Notes: generated by a model from the letters alone, not told the origin. A DNA stretch of 32,000 nt from Sedimentisphaera cyanobacteriorum (GCF_001997385.1 NZ_CP019633.1:120001-152000); one strand, 5' to 3'; numbered from the stretch's first letter, positions 1 through 8,705 are shown. Numbers and translations are program-made.

Positions 1-3000
1 AGAGATGTTGAGGTGCAGATTGCGGATGATTCCTGCGGGATATGGGGCTACCTCGAAGGTGATTACAATATGGACTGCAAGGTGGATATCGAGGATTATT
101 CCATCTGTGCAGATATAAATCTTCTCAACGTGCCTCTTATCGGGCTGAAAGCCCTCGCTCACGACTGGCTTCTCAATACGCTCATCTACGACCAGCAGAT
201 ATACAGCCGCTCGATTCAGGAGCTGGAAGAGCCTAACTTCATCGACACTTCAAACATACTTCACAAAGTTGACATAAATGTTTACGGGCATTTCCTCGAG
301 CACATCTACCATTCGGTAAACGGCGGTCTTTGGGGAGAGATGATTTGGAACAGGAGCTTTGAGCTCACAGAAAACGGCGCAGGCACTTGGAGCAAAGAAA
401 GCGGCGAGCTTATTCAGTCCAGCCTCGGAACTGACATTCATTTTGAATTCGGAGAGCAAAGCTGGACAGACTATGAGCTGACACTCGAGGCACGTAAGGA
501 CGAAGGTGCTGAGGGATTTTTGATTGTTTTCAGAGCTGAAGACAGCGACAATTTATACTGGCTCAATCTGGGCGGATGGGAAAACTCTCAGCATGCAGTT
601 GAGAAAGAAACTGACGGCGGCAGGTCAACTCTTGTATCTGCCGGAGGCAGTATAAATACTGATCAGTGGTATGATATTCGAATCCGCTGCGAAGGAAATA
701 ATTTCGAGGTTTACGTAAATGAAAATCTCCTGTTTGACTTTTCAGACTCAACCTCACCTTTCCTGACAGGGCGGATAGGTCTTGGCAGCTGGGCGACCAA
801 GGTTCGCTATCGCAATATTGAAGCTGCCGACCTCTCCGGCGAGAACGTATTATTCAGCGGTCTTCCAGACCTTCCGATTCAGCCTTTCAACGCAGAGTCT
901 TGGCAGCTTTATGGCGATGTGGATGCATCCATATCATCTGATGCCCTTAACAACAGCTTAAGCGCAGAGCTTTCAGCTTCAGCCGGCGGGGCAGGCCTGC
1001 AGCAGAACAACTTCAAATTTACACAGCAGCCTTACCATGGCTCGCTTTGGGTTAAGGGGTCAATGCCCGATGGGCTTAAGATTGAATTTCTCGACGGAGA
1101 CACTGTTCTCGGACAGGAGATAATTCCCGCTCCGGAATCAGGCTGGGATGATTATCCCTTCTCAATAACGCCTTCTGCTGAAACTGAAAACGGCTCTATG
1201 CGAATTCTCTCGCAGGGTGCAGGCGATGTAAAGATCGATCAGGTTAGTATGATGGGGCAGGACTCTATAGATGCCGGCGGATTCAGACCTGATCTTCTCG
1301 AAGCGGTAGAAGGGCTCAGCCCGCCGATAATACGCTGGCCGGGAGGCTGTTTCGCTTCGCTTTATTTCTGGAAGGATGCCATCGGTCCTCAGCACGAGAG
1401 AACAATTTATCCCGCTTATATGTGGGACGATCAGGATATCAACTCCTACGGTACTGATGAATTTATCCGGATGTGCGAGAAAATCGGCTCAGAGCCTCTG
1501 CTTGTAATAAATACAGGCGTTTTAGACAGTGCATGCGGAGCGCCTGCTCAGTGGAAGCATTCAAACCCCGAGCAGTACCTCCAAGACGCTCTGGATTGGA
1601 TGGAATACTGCAACGGCTCCACAGACACAACATGGGGAGCAAAACGCGCCCAGAACGGGCATCCCGAGCCGTACAACGTAACCTACTGGGAGATTGACAA
1701 CGAAACTTGGGCAGCCGGTTCAGCGGCGTATATCGATAAAGTGCAGGCATTTGCACCTGCCCTCAGGCAGAAGGCGGATGAGCTGGGTGTTCCGATTAAG
1801 CTTATCGCTGTTGGCGGGGGAAGCTATGATATGAACTGGAACAGAGACATAATCGACAGCTGCGCCGAATTGATAGATTATATCAGCGTGCACCATTATG
1901 AAGGCGCAGACGGCTATGCATTAGGCCCTGAGAATTATGACAACTTCCTAACAGATCTTTCAAGCTATATAGCAGGCTCTGCAAACCCTGATATGAAGAT
2001 TTATAATTCTGAATGGAATCTCCAGACAATCGACTGGAGAACAGGGCTCTTTGCAGGCGGGATACTTAATGTGTACGAAAAACACGGCGGCTATTTCAAG
2101 CTCGGCGGCCCAGCTCTCTTCCTGAGGCATACCTCAGCTTCCGGCTGGAATAATGCCTTCATAAACTTCGACCATACCGACTGGTTTCCCGCCCCTAACT
2201 ACGTTGTTATGAAGCTCTGGAGAGACCATTATGCCCCGAATTACGTTCAGACAGAAGGCCCTGATAACGGAATGAGCATATCTTCTGTCCTCTCGGAAGA
2301 TGAGCAGACTCTGTACGTGCATATTGTGAATCCGCAGTCAGAGCCGCAGGATTTGGAATTCGAGCTCGACGGTTCATTCGTGCCGGAAGAGGCCTATCTG
2401 GAATACGCTGCACCGGGCGATTTGTACGCACAGAATACGATGGAAAATCCTGATGCTGTAAGCGTTGAATCTAAGGGGGTTGGCCTAAGCGGACAGGTTA
2501 TAAGGTTCAATATGCCTGCCTACTCAGCGGGCGTGCTTACTGTCGAAACGGGCAAGCCCCATAAAACCGAATTCCTTTACAGCTACTTCAAAGGCAATGG
2601 TGAAGACGGTCTTCATCTGGCTTACAGCGAGGACGGCAAAAACTTCACCGCCCTGAATAACGATCAGTCCCTGCTTGCTCCGAATGCAGGCAGCGGCCTC
2701 ATGCGAGACCCCAGCATCTCTCAGGGGCCTGATGGAACGTTTCATATGGTATGGACTACCGGCTGGTGGGATAAAGGGATTGGCGTTGCCCACTCAGACG
2801 ACCTTATAAACTGGTCTGAGCAGACCTTTCTGCCCGTTATGGCCGATGAGCCGGATGCACAAAACTGCTGGGCTCCGGAAATCTTTTATGATGAGCAGTC
2901 TGAGAATTATTTTATCTTCTGGGCTACTACCATTGACGGAGCCTTCCCGGAAACCTACAATCCCGACGACGATAACAATCATCGGATATACTGCGTTAAA

Positions 3001-3435
3001 ACGAAAGATTTCAGCTCATACTCTGATACCCAGCTGTTCTACGAACCCGGTTTCAACGTGATAGATGCCTTCATAACCAAAACAGCTGATGAATATGCGA
3101 TGGTGGTTAAAGACGAAACTAAAGCCCCCGCTGCACAGAAGAATCTCCGCCTTGCTTTCAGCAGTTCGGCCGAAGGACCCTATTCAGATGCTTCAGAACC
3201 AATATCACCTTCCGGCCTATGGGTTGAAGGGCCTTCAATGGTTAAAGCCGGCGGGCAGTGGGTGATTTACTATGATGCCTATACCGAAGGCTATATGGGA
3301 GCGATTGCATCAGAAGATATGAAAAGCTGGAACGATATAACTGATCAGGTTTCCTTCCCTTCAGGCACGCGTCATGGAACTGTATTCAGGGTAACTGATG
3401 ATGTGCTGAACAATCTAAAGCAGCTTGCACCTTGA
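1..3435 (+). CDS. Multidomain secreted glycoside hydrolase, 5'-partial: dockerin-like Ca-binding repeat, ConA/DUF1080-like beta-sandwich, GH51-like alpha-L-arabinofuranosidase barrel, C-terminal GH43-like beta-propeller
   Basis: The track ORF 13..3435 starts at an internal GTG. Codons at 1-12 in the same frame (aga gat gtt gag) contain no stop, so the gene continues upstream of the window. GDYNMDCKVDIEDY fits the D-x-N-x-D-x-x-V-D-x-x-D dockerin/EF-hand-like loop. WYDIRIRCEGNNFEVYVNENLLFDF resembles a DUF1080/LamG-type sandwich. IRWPGGCFASLYFWKDAIGP and YWEIDNETW match the GH51 PGG and NE (acid/base) signatures. LMRDPSI and CWAPEIFYD match GH43 propeller motifs. Confidence 0.8.
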   Translation, partial: RDVEVQIADDSCGIWGYLEGDYNMDCKVDIEDYSICADINLLNVPLIGLKALAHDWLLNTLIYDQQIYSRSIQELEEPNFIDTSNILHKVDINVYGHFLEHIYHSVNGGLWGEMIWNRSFELTENGAGTWSKESGELIQSSLGTDIHFEFGEQSWTDYELTLEARKDEGAEGFLIVFRAEDSDNLYWLNLGGWENSQHAVEKETDGGRSTLVSAGGSINTDQWYDIRIRCEGNNFEVYVNENLLFDFSDSTSPFLTGRIGLGSWATKVRYRNIEAADLSGENVLFSGLPDLPIQPFNAESWQLYGDVDASISSDALNNSLSAELSASAGGAGLQQNNFKFTQQPYHGSLWVKGSMPDGLKIEFLDGDTVLGQEIIPAPESGWDDYPFSITPSAETENGSMRILSQGAGDVKIDQVSMMGQDSIDAGGFRPDLLEAVEGLSPPIIRWPGGCFASLYFWKDAIGPQHERTIYPAYMWDDQDINSYGTDEFIRMCEKIGSEPLLVINTGVLDSACGAPAQWKHSNPEQYLQDALDWMEYCNGSTDTTWGAKRAQNGHPEPYNVTYWEIDNETWAAGSAAYIDKVQAFAPALRQKADELGVPIKLIAVGGGSYDMNWNRDIIDSCAELIDYISVHHYEGADGYALGPENYDNFLTDLSSYIAGSANPDMKIYNSEWNLQTIDWRTGLFAGGILNVYEKHGGYFKLGGPALFLRHTSASGWNNAFINFDHTDWFPAPNYVVMKLWRDHYAPNYVQTEGPDNGMSISSVLSEDEQTLYVHIVNPQSEPQDLEFELDGSFVPEEAYLEYAAPGDLYAQNTMENPDAVSVESKGVGLSGQVIRFNMPAYSAGVLTVETGKPHKTEFLYSYFKGNGEDGLHLAYSEDGKNFTALNNDQSLLAPNAGSGLMRDPSISQGPDGTFHMVWTTGWWDKGIGVAHSDDLINWSEQTFLPVMADEPDAQNCWAPEIFYDEQSENYFIFWATTIDGAFPETYNPDDDNNHRIYCVKTKDFSSYSDTQLFYEPGFNVIDAFITKTADEYAMVVKDETKAPAAQKNLRLAFSSSAEGPYSDASEPISPSGLWVEGPSMVKAGGQWVIYYDAYTEGYMGAIASEDMKSWNDITDQVSFPSGTRHGTVFRVTDDVLNNLKQLAP

Positions 3436-3487
3436 TAACGTTTGTTCACCGTTACATAAAAACTGCAGCATATTATAATTTTACTTT

Positions 3488-3509
3488 ACCCCGCAGCTCT
3501 CTGCGGGGT
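3488..3509. terminator. Stem-loop between convergent genes (9-bp perfect stem ACCCCGCAG/CTGCGGGGT, loop CTCT), probable shared terminator
   Basis: Read directly. It lies 53 nt after the hydrolase stop and 19 nt after the minus-strand SagB-like stop. It is followed on the plus strand by ATTTATAT, a weak T tract. Confidence 0.55.
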
Positions 3510-3527
3510 ATTTATATCTATGCTGAT

Positions 3528-4247
3528 TTATCCTGCAACGCTCATATAAACGGTGCTTTCTTCAGTTCCGTCAACCCCGATAATCTTATTTACCTGATCA
3601 TCGAAAATAGCCGCTATCTGGCAGCTCCCCAGTCCGAGGCTCGCAGAGGCAAGAGCGAGATTCTCTGCTATATGCCCTGCATCCAGATAGATATACCGGT
3701 AAGCCCTCTGGCCGTACTTCCATTTCATGCGCTGAAAAACAGCAGTCCATATAAACACAGCTGGAGCCTGTGCACACATCTGCTGCCCAAGGGCGGCTCT
3801 GGCGGTTTCGCCTGAAACATCTGCCTCTCGGAGCTGCTCAAGGCAGTGTTTTCTTATGTTGTAGTGGTAAACGCCCGGGCTTAGCTTTTCAGCATTGTTT
3901 ACTGCAATATAAGTTTCTATCGGATAAAGAGCTCCAGCTGAGGGGGCTGTGCGAAACGCAAAACCGCGGGATGTATCGGATATGCCGGTGGATGACCAGA
4001 GCAGATATGAAAGCTCGTTTATCTTCAGCGGTCTTTGAGAGTAGCTGCGGACGCTCCTCCGAGTTTTCAGTGCCTCATGTACACTCATATCCGAGTTGGG
4101 TTTGGCTGCCGGGAGCTTTATCGTTTTGCTCTCCGGATAGCTCTTGTAGGTGTCAGGTTTTGCAGACCAGTCTAACTGTTTGCCGAATGGTTTGTCCCTG
4201 TCATACTTGGTTTGCTGCTGAAACTTATCTCCAATTGAACCCTGCAT
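3528..4247 (-). CDS. SagB/ThcOx-type nitroreductase-fold dehydrogenase (stand-alone)
   Basis: 239 aa. Motifs: N-terminal FQQQTKYDR; RRSVRSYSQRPL; RTAPSAGALYPIETY; YRYIYLDAGHIAENLALA. This pattern is typical of the SagB-type dehydrogenase domain of the nitroreductase superfamily. Confidence 0.75.
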   Translation of the reverse strand: MQGSIGDKFQQQTKYDRDKPFGKQLDWSAKPDTYKSYPESKTIKLPAAKPNSDMSVHEALKTRRSVRSYSQRPLKINELSYLLWSSTGISDTSRGFAFRTAPSAGALYPIETYIAVNNAEKLSPGVYHYNIRKHCLEQLREADVSGETARAALGQQMCAQAPAVFIWTAVFQRMKWKYGQRAYRYIYLDAGHIAENLALASASLGLGSCQIAAIFDDQVNKIIGVDGTEESTVYMSVAG

Positions 4248-4354
4248 TTGTTTTCTCCTGCTTGTTTTCTGTAAAAAGAACTTTGTAAACCAAAATCTTT
4301 TCTGATTTTCCTATAAGCTGCTGTCTTATTAAAGAATAAAAGCAAGCCGGCAGA

Positions 4355-5677
4355 TTATTCTTCGCCATTTTCCTGATTTGGTTCGCTGAACTTGAGCTCA
4401 TCGCAGAACTGCTTGTAATCTGCAGTCCGCTGCTCGGAGGTTTCCATATTCTTCAAAACGATCTGTTTATTCTCGATATACTCCCCGCCGAGAATTATGC
4501 ACTTTTCTGCCTTCATTTCCGAGGCCTGCTTCATAAGCTTTTTCATCTTGGCCTTTTTGTACGAAAATTCTGCTGAGAATCCTGCAAGCCTCAGCTTCGC
4601 TGCAAGCCCTGCGGCCACCTCGACAAGCTCATCATCCATCACGGCGATGAAATAGTCCGCTGCGGGTTTGGGCATTTCTTCCGAGATTAGCCCTTTCTCT
4701 CTGAGCAGAATCTCAAGAACGCAGTCTCCCATCCCCATGCCGGTAGCGGGTATTGACGGGCCTCCGAAGTCTTTGAGCAGGCTGTCGAAGCGTCCGCCTC
4801 CGCATATCGCACGAAGACTGCCCTCACGGTCGTGTATCTCGAAAACCATGCCTGTGTAGTAGGCAAGCCCGCGCACAATTCCAATGTCAAATTCGCAGTA
4901 TTCGCTGATTCCCATGCTCTCAAGCAGGCTGAAAAGCTCGACAAGCTCATCGATGGCCTCTGCTGCTTCGCTGCTGTACTGCAAGTTTTCCTGAAGCTCA
5001 CTGAGCTGTTTTGTTGCGAATATCTCAAGGAGCTTCTGCCGTTTTTCCTGATCGGGCAGTTTTTCCTCGAGCAGTTTTTCGAAAGCCTCTTCGGGTATTT
5101 TCGCTTTTTTGTCCAAGGCTGCGTAGATTCCGGTATGGAGTTCCTGCTCTATCTCGCACGCCTCTAAAAGCCTGCTGAGCATCTTTCGCGAGGATATCTT
5201 AACTGCGATATCCTTCTCGGTAAGCCCGGTTTGCCGCAGATAATCTACAGCGCAGAGGATTACCTCCGCATCGGCAACAATTTCCTCTACGCCTATAATA
5301 TCAATATTCCACTGATAAAATTCCCTCAGCCGGCCTTTCTGAGGCCTCTCTGCCCTGCATACACGAGGCACGCTGAACCACTTTATAGGCTTTGGAAGGG
5401 AATTGATTCTCTGATTGACCATTCTGGCAAGGGTAGGGGTTATTTCTGGGCGTATGGCAAGCCCGCGGCCGCCGCGGTCTTCAAAGCTGAAAAGCTGTTC
5501 GGCTATCTCTTCCCCGCTTTTCTGTTCATACATCTTCAAATGCTCAAAAATAGGCCCGTCGTATTCTTCGAAGCCGTTTCTGAGCGAAGCCTCTTTCCAT
5601 CCTCCAACTATCCAGTTGTGCAGACGCATCTGCGGGGGGTAAAAATCTCTTGTTCCTTTTACTGGCTGAATCTTCAT
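4355..5677 (-). CDS. hisS: Histidine--tRNA ligase
   Basis: 440 aa. KGTRDFYP at the N-terminus, AIRPEITPTLARM, and GGGRFD (class II motif 3 region), followed by a C-terminal anticodon-binding domain. Confidence 0.95.
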   Translation of the reverse strand: MKIQPVKGTRDFYPPQMRLHNWIVGGWKEASLRNGFEEYDGPIFEHLKMYEQKSGEEIAEQLFSFEDRGGRGLAIRPEITPTLARMVNQRINSLPKPIKWFSVPRVCRAERPQKGRLREFYQWNIDIIGVEEIVADAEVILCAVDYLRQTGLTEKDIAVKISSRKMLSRLLEACEIEQELHTGIYAALDKKAKIPEEAFEKLLEEKLPDQEKRQKLLEIFATKQLSELQENLQYSSEAAEAIDELVELFSLLESMGISEYCEFDIGIVRGLAYYTGMVFEIHDREGSLRAICGGGRFDSLLKDFGGPSIPATGMGMGDCVLEILLREKGLISEEMPKPAADYFIAVMDDELVEVAAGLAAKLRLAGFSAEFSYKKAKMKKLMKQASEMKAEKCIILGGEYIENKQIVLKNMETSEQRTADYKQFCDELKFSEPNQENGEE

Positions 5678-5726
5678 TGTTTTGCTCTATCGGTTTGTGT
5701 TAAAATTTTTTGCCGGCTGCCAGCCC

Positions 5727-6008
5727 TTACTTGAAATTGTAGTGTTTTTTCAAATCTTTTGTAACGTTCCATCTGCATTCAAGACCTTCGGGAAATTCTG
5801 CATAATCTCCCGCCTCGAGCTTCACGCTCTCTTTTCCGTCCAGACTGATTATCTCCACCTCGCCTTCAATTATAAGAGCCATCTCAGTTTCTGTGTAGAA
5901 CCAGTCGAACTCTCTTGCGGGGCTCTGCCATACCGGCCAGCCTTCGCATTCAGCTTTAAGTTCCTCTGAAGGGTTGTTATTTGTCTTTATATCGCTTATT
6001 TTTTTCAT
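5727..6008 (-). CDS. Small cupin-domain protein (DUF861/cupin_3-like)
   Basis: 93 aa. The WQSP..EFDWFYTETEMALIIEGEVEI...LEAGDYAEFPEGLECRWNV..LKKHY pattern matches single-domain cupin_3 proteins. Confidence 0.7.
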   Translation of the reverse strand: MKKISDIKTNNNPSEELKAECEGWPVWQSPAREFDWFYTETEMALIIEGEVEIISLDGKESVKLEAGDYAEFPEGLECRWNVTKDLKKHYNFK

Positions 6009-6016
6009 AATCTTTT

Positions 6017-6856
6017 TTAATCAAAGTTCTTAAAAATTGTGTCAAGGTCTTTGTTTACTTGTTTCTGGTACTCTTTATCAATCAGTATATGGTTTTTCAT
6101 GCTTCTTGCATATCCTTCCAAACCGGGGTAAAGAGTCGAGCTTGTGATGTTCATCCTGTAAAGTTTTCGAAGTAAGTCACCATGAAACTTTTTTGGGATT
6201 GTAATTTTCTTAACAGCTCTCCCGCTTGAGATCAGATTATCATAATAGCTTGATGTTATATCTTTTGGAAACGTGAATACTCCCTGCTGGATTCTTAGAC
6301 GGTCATTCATATATTTAGGCTCTGCAATGATGATGCCCTGATTTATTTTACTGATTTGTTCGGGATTTTTGGACATTGCCAGAATCTGTTCAACTTCAGC
6401 CTCTGCTTTTTCGTTATATTTTGATGTAATATTGAATTTCCATGCCTCATCGTTTGTCTTTTCCTTTTCTTCAGAAGATATATCGATTACCCAAAGGGCT
6501 GCATCTTGAACAGACTCATCAAGAGCGAAAAACAGACCGACCCAAAAAGATCTGGTAAAATCAAGAAGTCTTGTTGGGCAGCCGTAATGCTGCATTAAAG
6601 CCAGCCACTCTAATTCAGATTTTGGGGTATGATTTATGTAATGGTGAGCTTGCCTCTTAAATTCAAATCGCACAAGATCTTCCTGATAAGTCAATCTGTC
6701 TTTAGGTAATTCTTTAACAACTCTTTCAAAAGTGGTATTTAACCCCCAAGTATTATTAGACTGACCTCTGAATATATATTTATACTGTTCTCTGGAAAAT
6801 TCTTCAAGGTCATCTATTTTTTTTACTGTCAGTTCTATGATTTCTTTAATTTTCAT
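6017..6856 (-). CDS. FRG-domain protein (function unknown)
   Basis: 279 aa. Motifs YIFRGQ, MQHYGCPTRLLDFTRSF, NDRLRIQQGVFTF and LYPGLEG reproduce the conserved blocks of the FRG domain family. The gene is visibly AT-richer than its neighbours. Confidence 0.75.
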   Translation of the reverse strand: MKIKEIIELTVKKIDDLEEFSREQYKYIFRGQSNNTWGLNTTFERVVKELPKDRLTYQEDLVRFEFKRQAHHYINHTPKSELEWLALMQHYGCPTRLLDFTRSFWVGLFFALDESVQDAALWVIDISSEEKEKTNDEAWKFNITSKYNEKAEAEVEQILAMSKNPEQISKINQGIIIAEPKYMNDRLRIQQGVFTFPKDITSSYYDNLISSGRAVKKITIPKKFHGDLLRKLYRMNITSSTLYPGLEGYARSMKNHILIDKEYQKQVNKDLDTIFKNFD

Positions 6857-6874
6857 AACGTTTATTGAAGTTCA

Positions 6875-7300
6875 TTAAAGTGAAATAGCCTTCCTTCTGG
6901 ATTCAACCAACTTATTGATTCTTTCTACATCTTTTTCAGCTGCCTCCTCGCTCCATAAATCTTCTTCTTTTTGTTTTTCTTCAGATGGAGTGCCCTTAAT
7001 TAGCACCAACTTTCCTATCTGCAAAGATATATTAGTTCCTGTAAAGTTTGTCCCTTCCCCTGCAAAACCGACAAGAGTTTGATTAGATGAGTTAACTGCC
7101 TCTGCAAGTGTGGGGAGAGGTTCTTTTATAGCAATGCTCGGCTCTTGATTCTTTTCTTTAACGAAATCAAACTCCAAAACTCCCCCGACCTCTTCTGCTG
7201 GGTAAGCCGTTGCATTGATAGAAATGTCAGGTTTAAGAGACGTTTTTATCGTATTTATAAATTTTTCAATGTATTTTTTTATTTTTTCTTTGTCTTGCAT
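6875..7300 (-). CDS. Hypothetical 141-aa protein with an acidic C-terminal coiled-coil-like tail, no recognisable domain
   Basis: Clean ATG ORF. It lies 18 bp upstream of and co-directional with the FRG gene, and is preceded by a 95-bp AT-rich spacer. No TM segment and no motif I recognise. Confidence 0.55.
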   Translation of the reverse strand: MQDKEKIKKYIEKFINTIKTSLKPDISINATAYPAEEVGGVLEFDFVKEKNQEPSIAIKEPLPTLAEAVNSSNQTLVGFAGEGTNFTGTNISLQIGKLVLIKGTPSEEKQKEEDLWSEEAAEKDVERINKLVESRRKAISL

Positions 7301-7395
7301 TTTATCAGCTCTAATTAATTTTTGTTATAATCAAGGGGTATCATATTTTATACGATTCTGAATAAATATCGTTTCTGCAAAAAAATATTATGTGA

Positions 7396-8208
7396 TTATA
7401 TCATATCCGTTTCAAAATCGATATATTCCCCTGTGATAAAGCCTGTTACCATTCGGTAGTCTATGGCTCCGTTGCAGTTTGGCTCATACTCGTAAATAGT
7501 TTTTCCGTATCCCGGGGCTTCAGCGAGTTTTATATTATTTCGAACGGCTGTCGGTATTACTTTCGCATTTTGCCATGGGTGGCCGCTGTTTCTGCTGGCC
7601 TCGAGGAATTCGGCAATATCGTTTTTCACCTCTTTAGAAAGGCTCGTTCTTGTATCAAACATACAAAGAAGAACCCCCAGCACCTTGAGCTCAGGGTTAA
7701 TCCTGCTGCTTACAATTTCCACGGTTTCCAGCAGTTTGCTCAGCCCCTGAAGGGCAAGGAAATGGGGCTGAAGCGGTATTATCACCTCATCCGATGCTGC
7801 AAGCGCATTTAGCGACAGGAGCCCGAGCGAGGGCGGGCAGTCTATGATAACGTAATCAAATTCAAGCTCTGAGCTGCCGAGCCCGTGTCTTAGAATCTGC
7901 TCCCTGTCTTCGGCCTGCCATATCTCATTCTCCGCCCCCACAAGATCAATATTTGCAGGCAGTATGCTGAGATTATCCCGAATCTCTTCTGCGGCATCTT
8001 CCAGTGTGCAGCTGCCTGTAAGCAGTTCATACAAGCTGAACTCAATATCATTAGGGTCTATACCGAAATGAAGCGTCAGATGCGCCTGCGGGTCCATATC
8101 AACAACCAAAGTTTTCTTCCCGATCTCTGCCAGGCAGGCGGCAACATTTGCGGATGTTGTGGTTTTGCCAACGCCGCCTTTCTGGTTAAGTATGGATATT
8201 GTTCTCAT
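7396..8208 (-). CDS. parA: ParA/Soj-family P-loop ATPase (no adjacent parB)
   Basis: Deviant Walker A NQKGGVGKTTT, VVDMDPQ, and DYVIIDCPPSLG. I chose the start at MRTISILNQ (ATG 8208-8206, with GAGG 7-10 nt upstream) rather than the track start at 8256. Confidence 0.9.
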   Translation of the reverse strand: MRTISILNQKGGVGKTTTSANVAACLAEIGKKTLVVDMDPQAHLTLHFGIDPNDIEFSLYELLTGSCTLEDAAEEIRDNLSILPANIDLVGAENEIWQAEDREQILRHGLGSSELEFDYVIIDCPPSLGLLSLNALAASDEVIIPLQPHFLALQGLSKLLETVEIVSSRINPELKVLGVLLCMFDTRTSLSKEVKNDIAEFLEASRNSGHPWQNAKVIPTAVRNNIKLAEAPGYGKTIYEYEPNCNGAIDYRMVTGFITGEYIDFETDMI

Positions 8209-8701
8209 AAGCTGCCTCGCTTTTTTCGTCTTGCCCGTAGCGTTTATATACCGCATCGAGAACCCCGTTTACGAATTTGGATGAGTGCGCGGTGCCGAAT
8301 TTTTTTGCCATCTCCACGCCTTCATTTATCGCAACCTTCGGCGGTATATCATCGCAGAAGATTATCTGATAAACGCAGAGCCTGATTACAGCCCTCTCCA
8401 GCGGCATAACCCTCTCAACAGACCATCTCTCCAAAACCGTTCCCACCATTTCATCGCAGGTTTGCAGATTCTCAATCACTGCGTAAACCCATTTCTTTGC
8501 TGTCTCGGCTGTGAAATTGTCTCTGGCATTTTGCAATGCAAAATCCTTAATCAGCTCGTCCCTGCTCCATGCCGGCTTCGGCTCAGTTTTTTCGGATTTT
8601 CTGCCTTGATTAAACAAGTTCTGCTGTTCGAGCTGAAACAGAAGCTGCATAGCTATTTCCCTTGCTTCTGTTTTTCTGTGCAATTTTTTACGATCTGTCA
8701 T
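8186..8701 (-). CDS. nusB: Transcription antitermination factor NusB
   Basis: AREIAMQLLFQLE and PPKVAINEGVEMAKKFGTAHSSKFVNGVLD are classic NusB blocks. The start is taken at MTDRKKL (8701), 5 nt after the ribH stop codon. The track's 38-codon extension overlaps ribH. Confidence 0.9.
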   Translation of the reverse strand: MTDRKKLHRKTEAREIAMQLLFQLEQQNLFNQGRKSEKTEPKPAWSRDELIKDFALQNARDNFTAETAKKWVYAVIENLQTCDEMVGTVLERWSVERVMPLERAVIRLCVYQIIFCDDIPPKVAINEGVEMAKKFGTAHSSKFVNGVLDAVYKRYGQDEKSEAAYENNIHT

Positions 8702-8705
8702 TATT

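Noticed and set aside
3432-4288. Plus-strand ORFs 3432..3815 (127 aa) and 3770..4288 (172 aa)
   Set aside because: They overlap the minus-strand SagB-type gene, which has clear family motifs. The plus-strand products have none, and the first would have to read through the terminator hairpin at 3488-3509.
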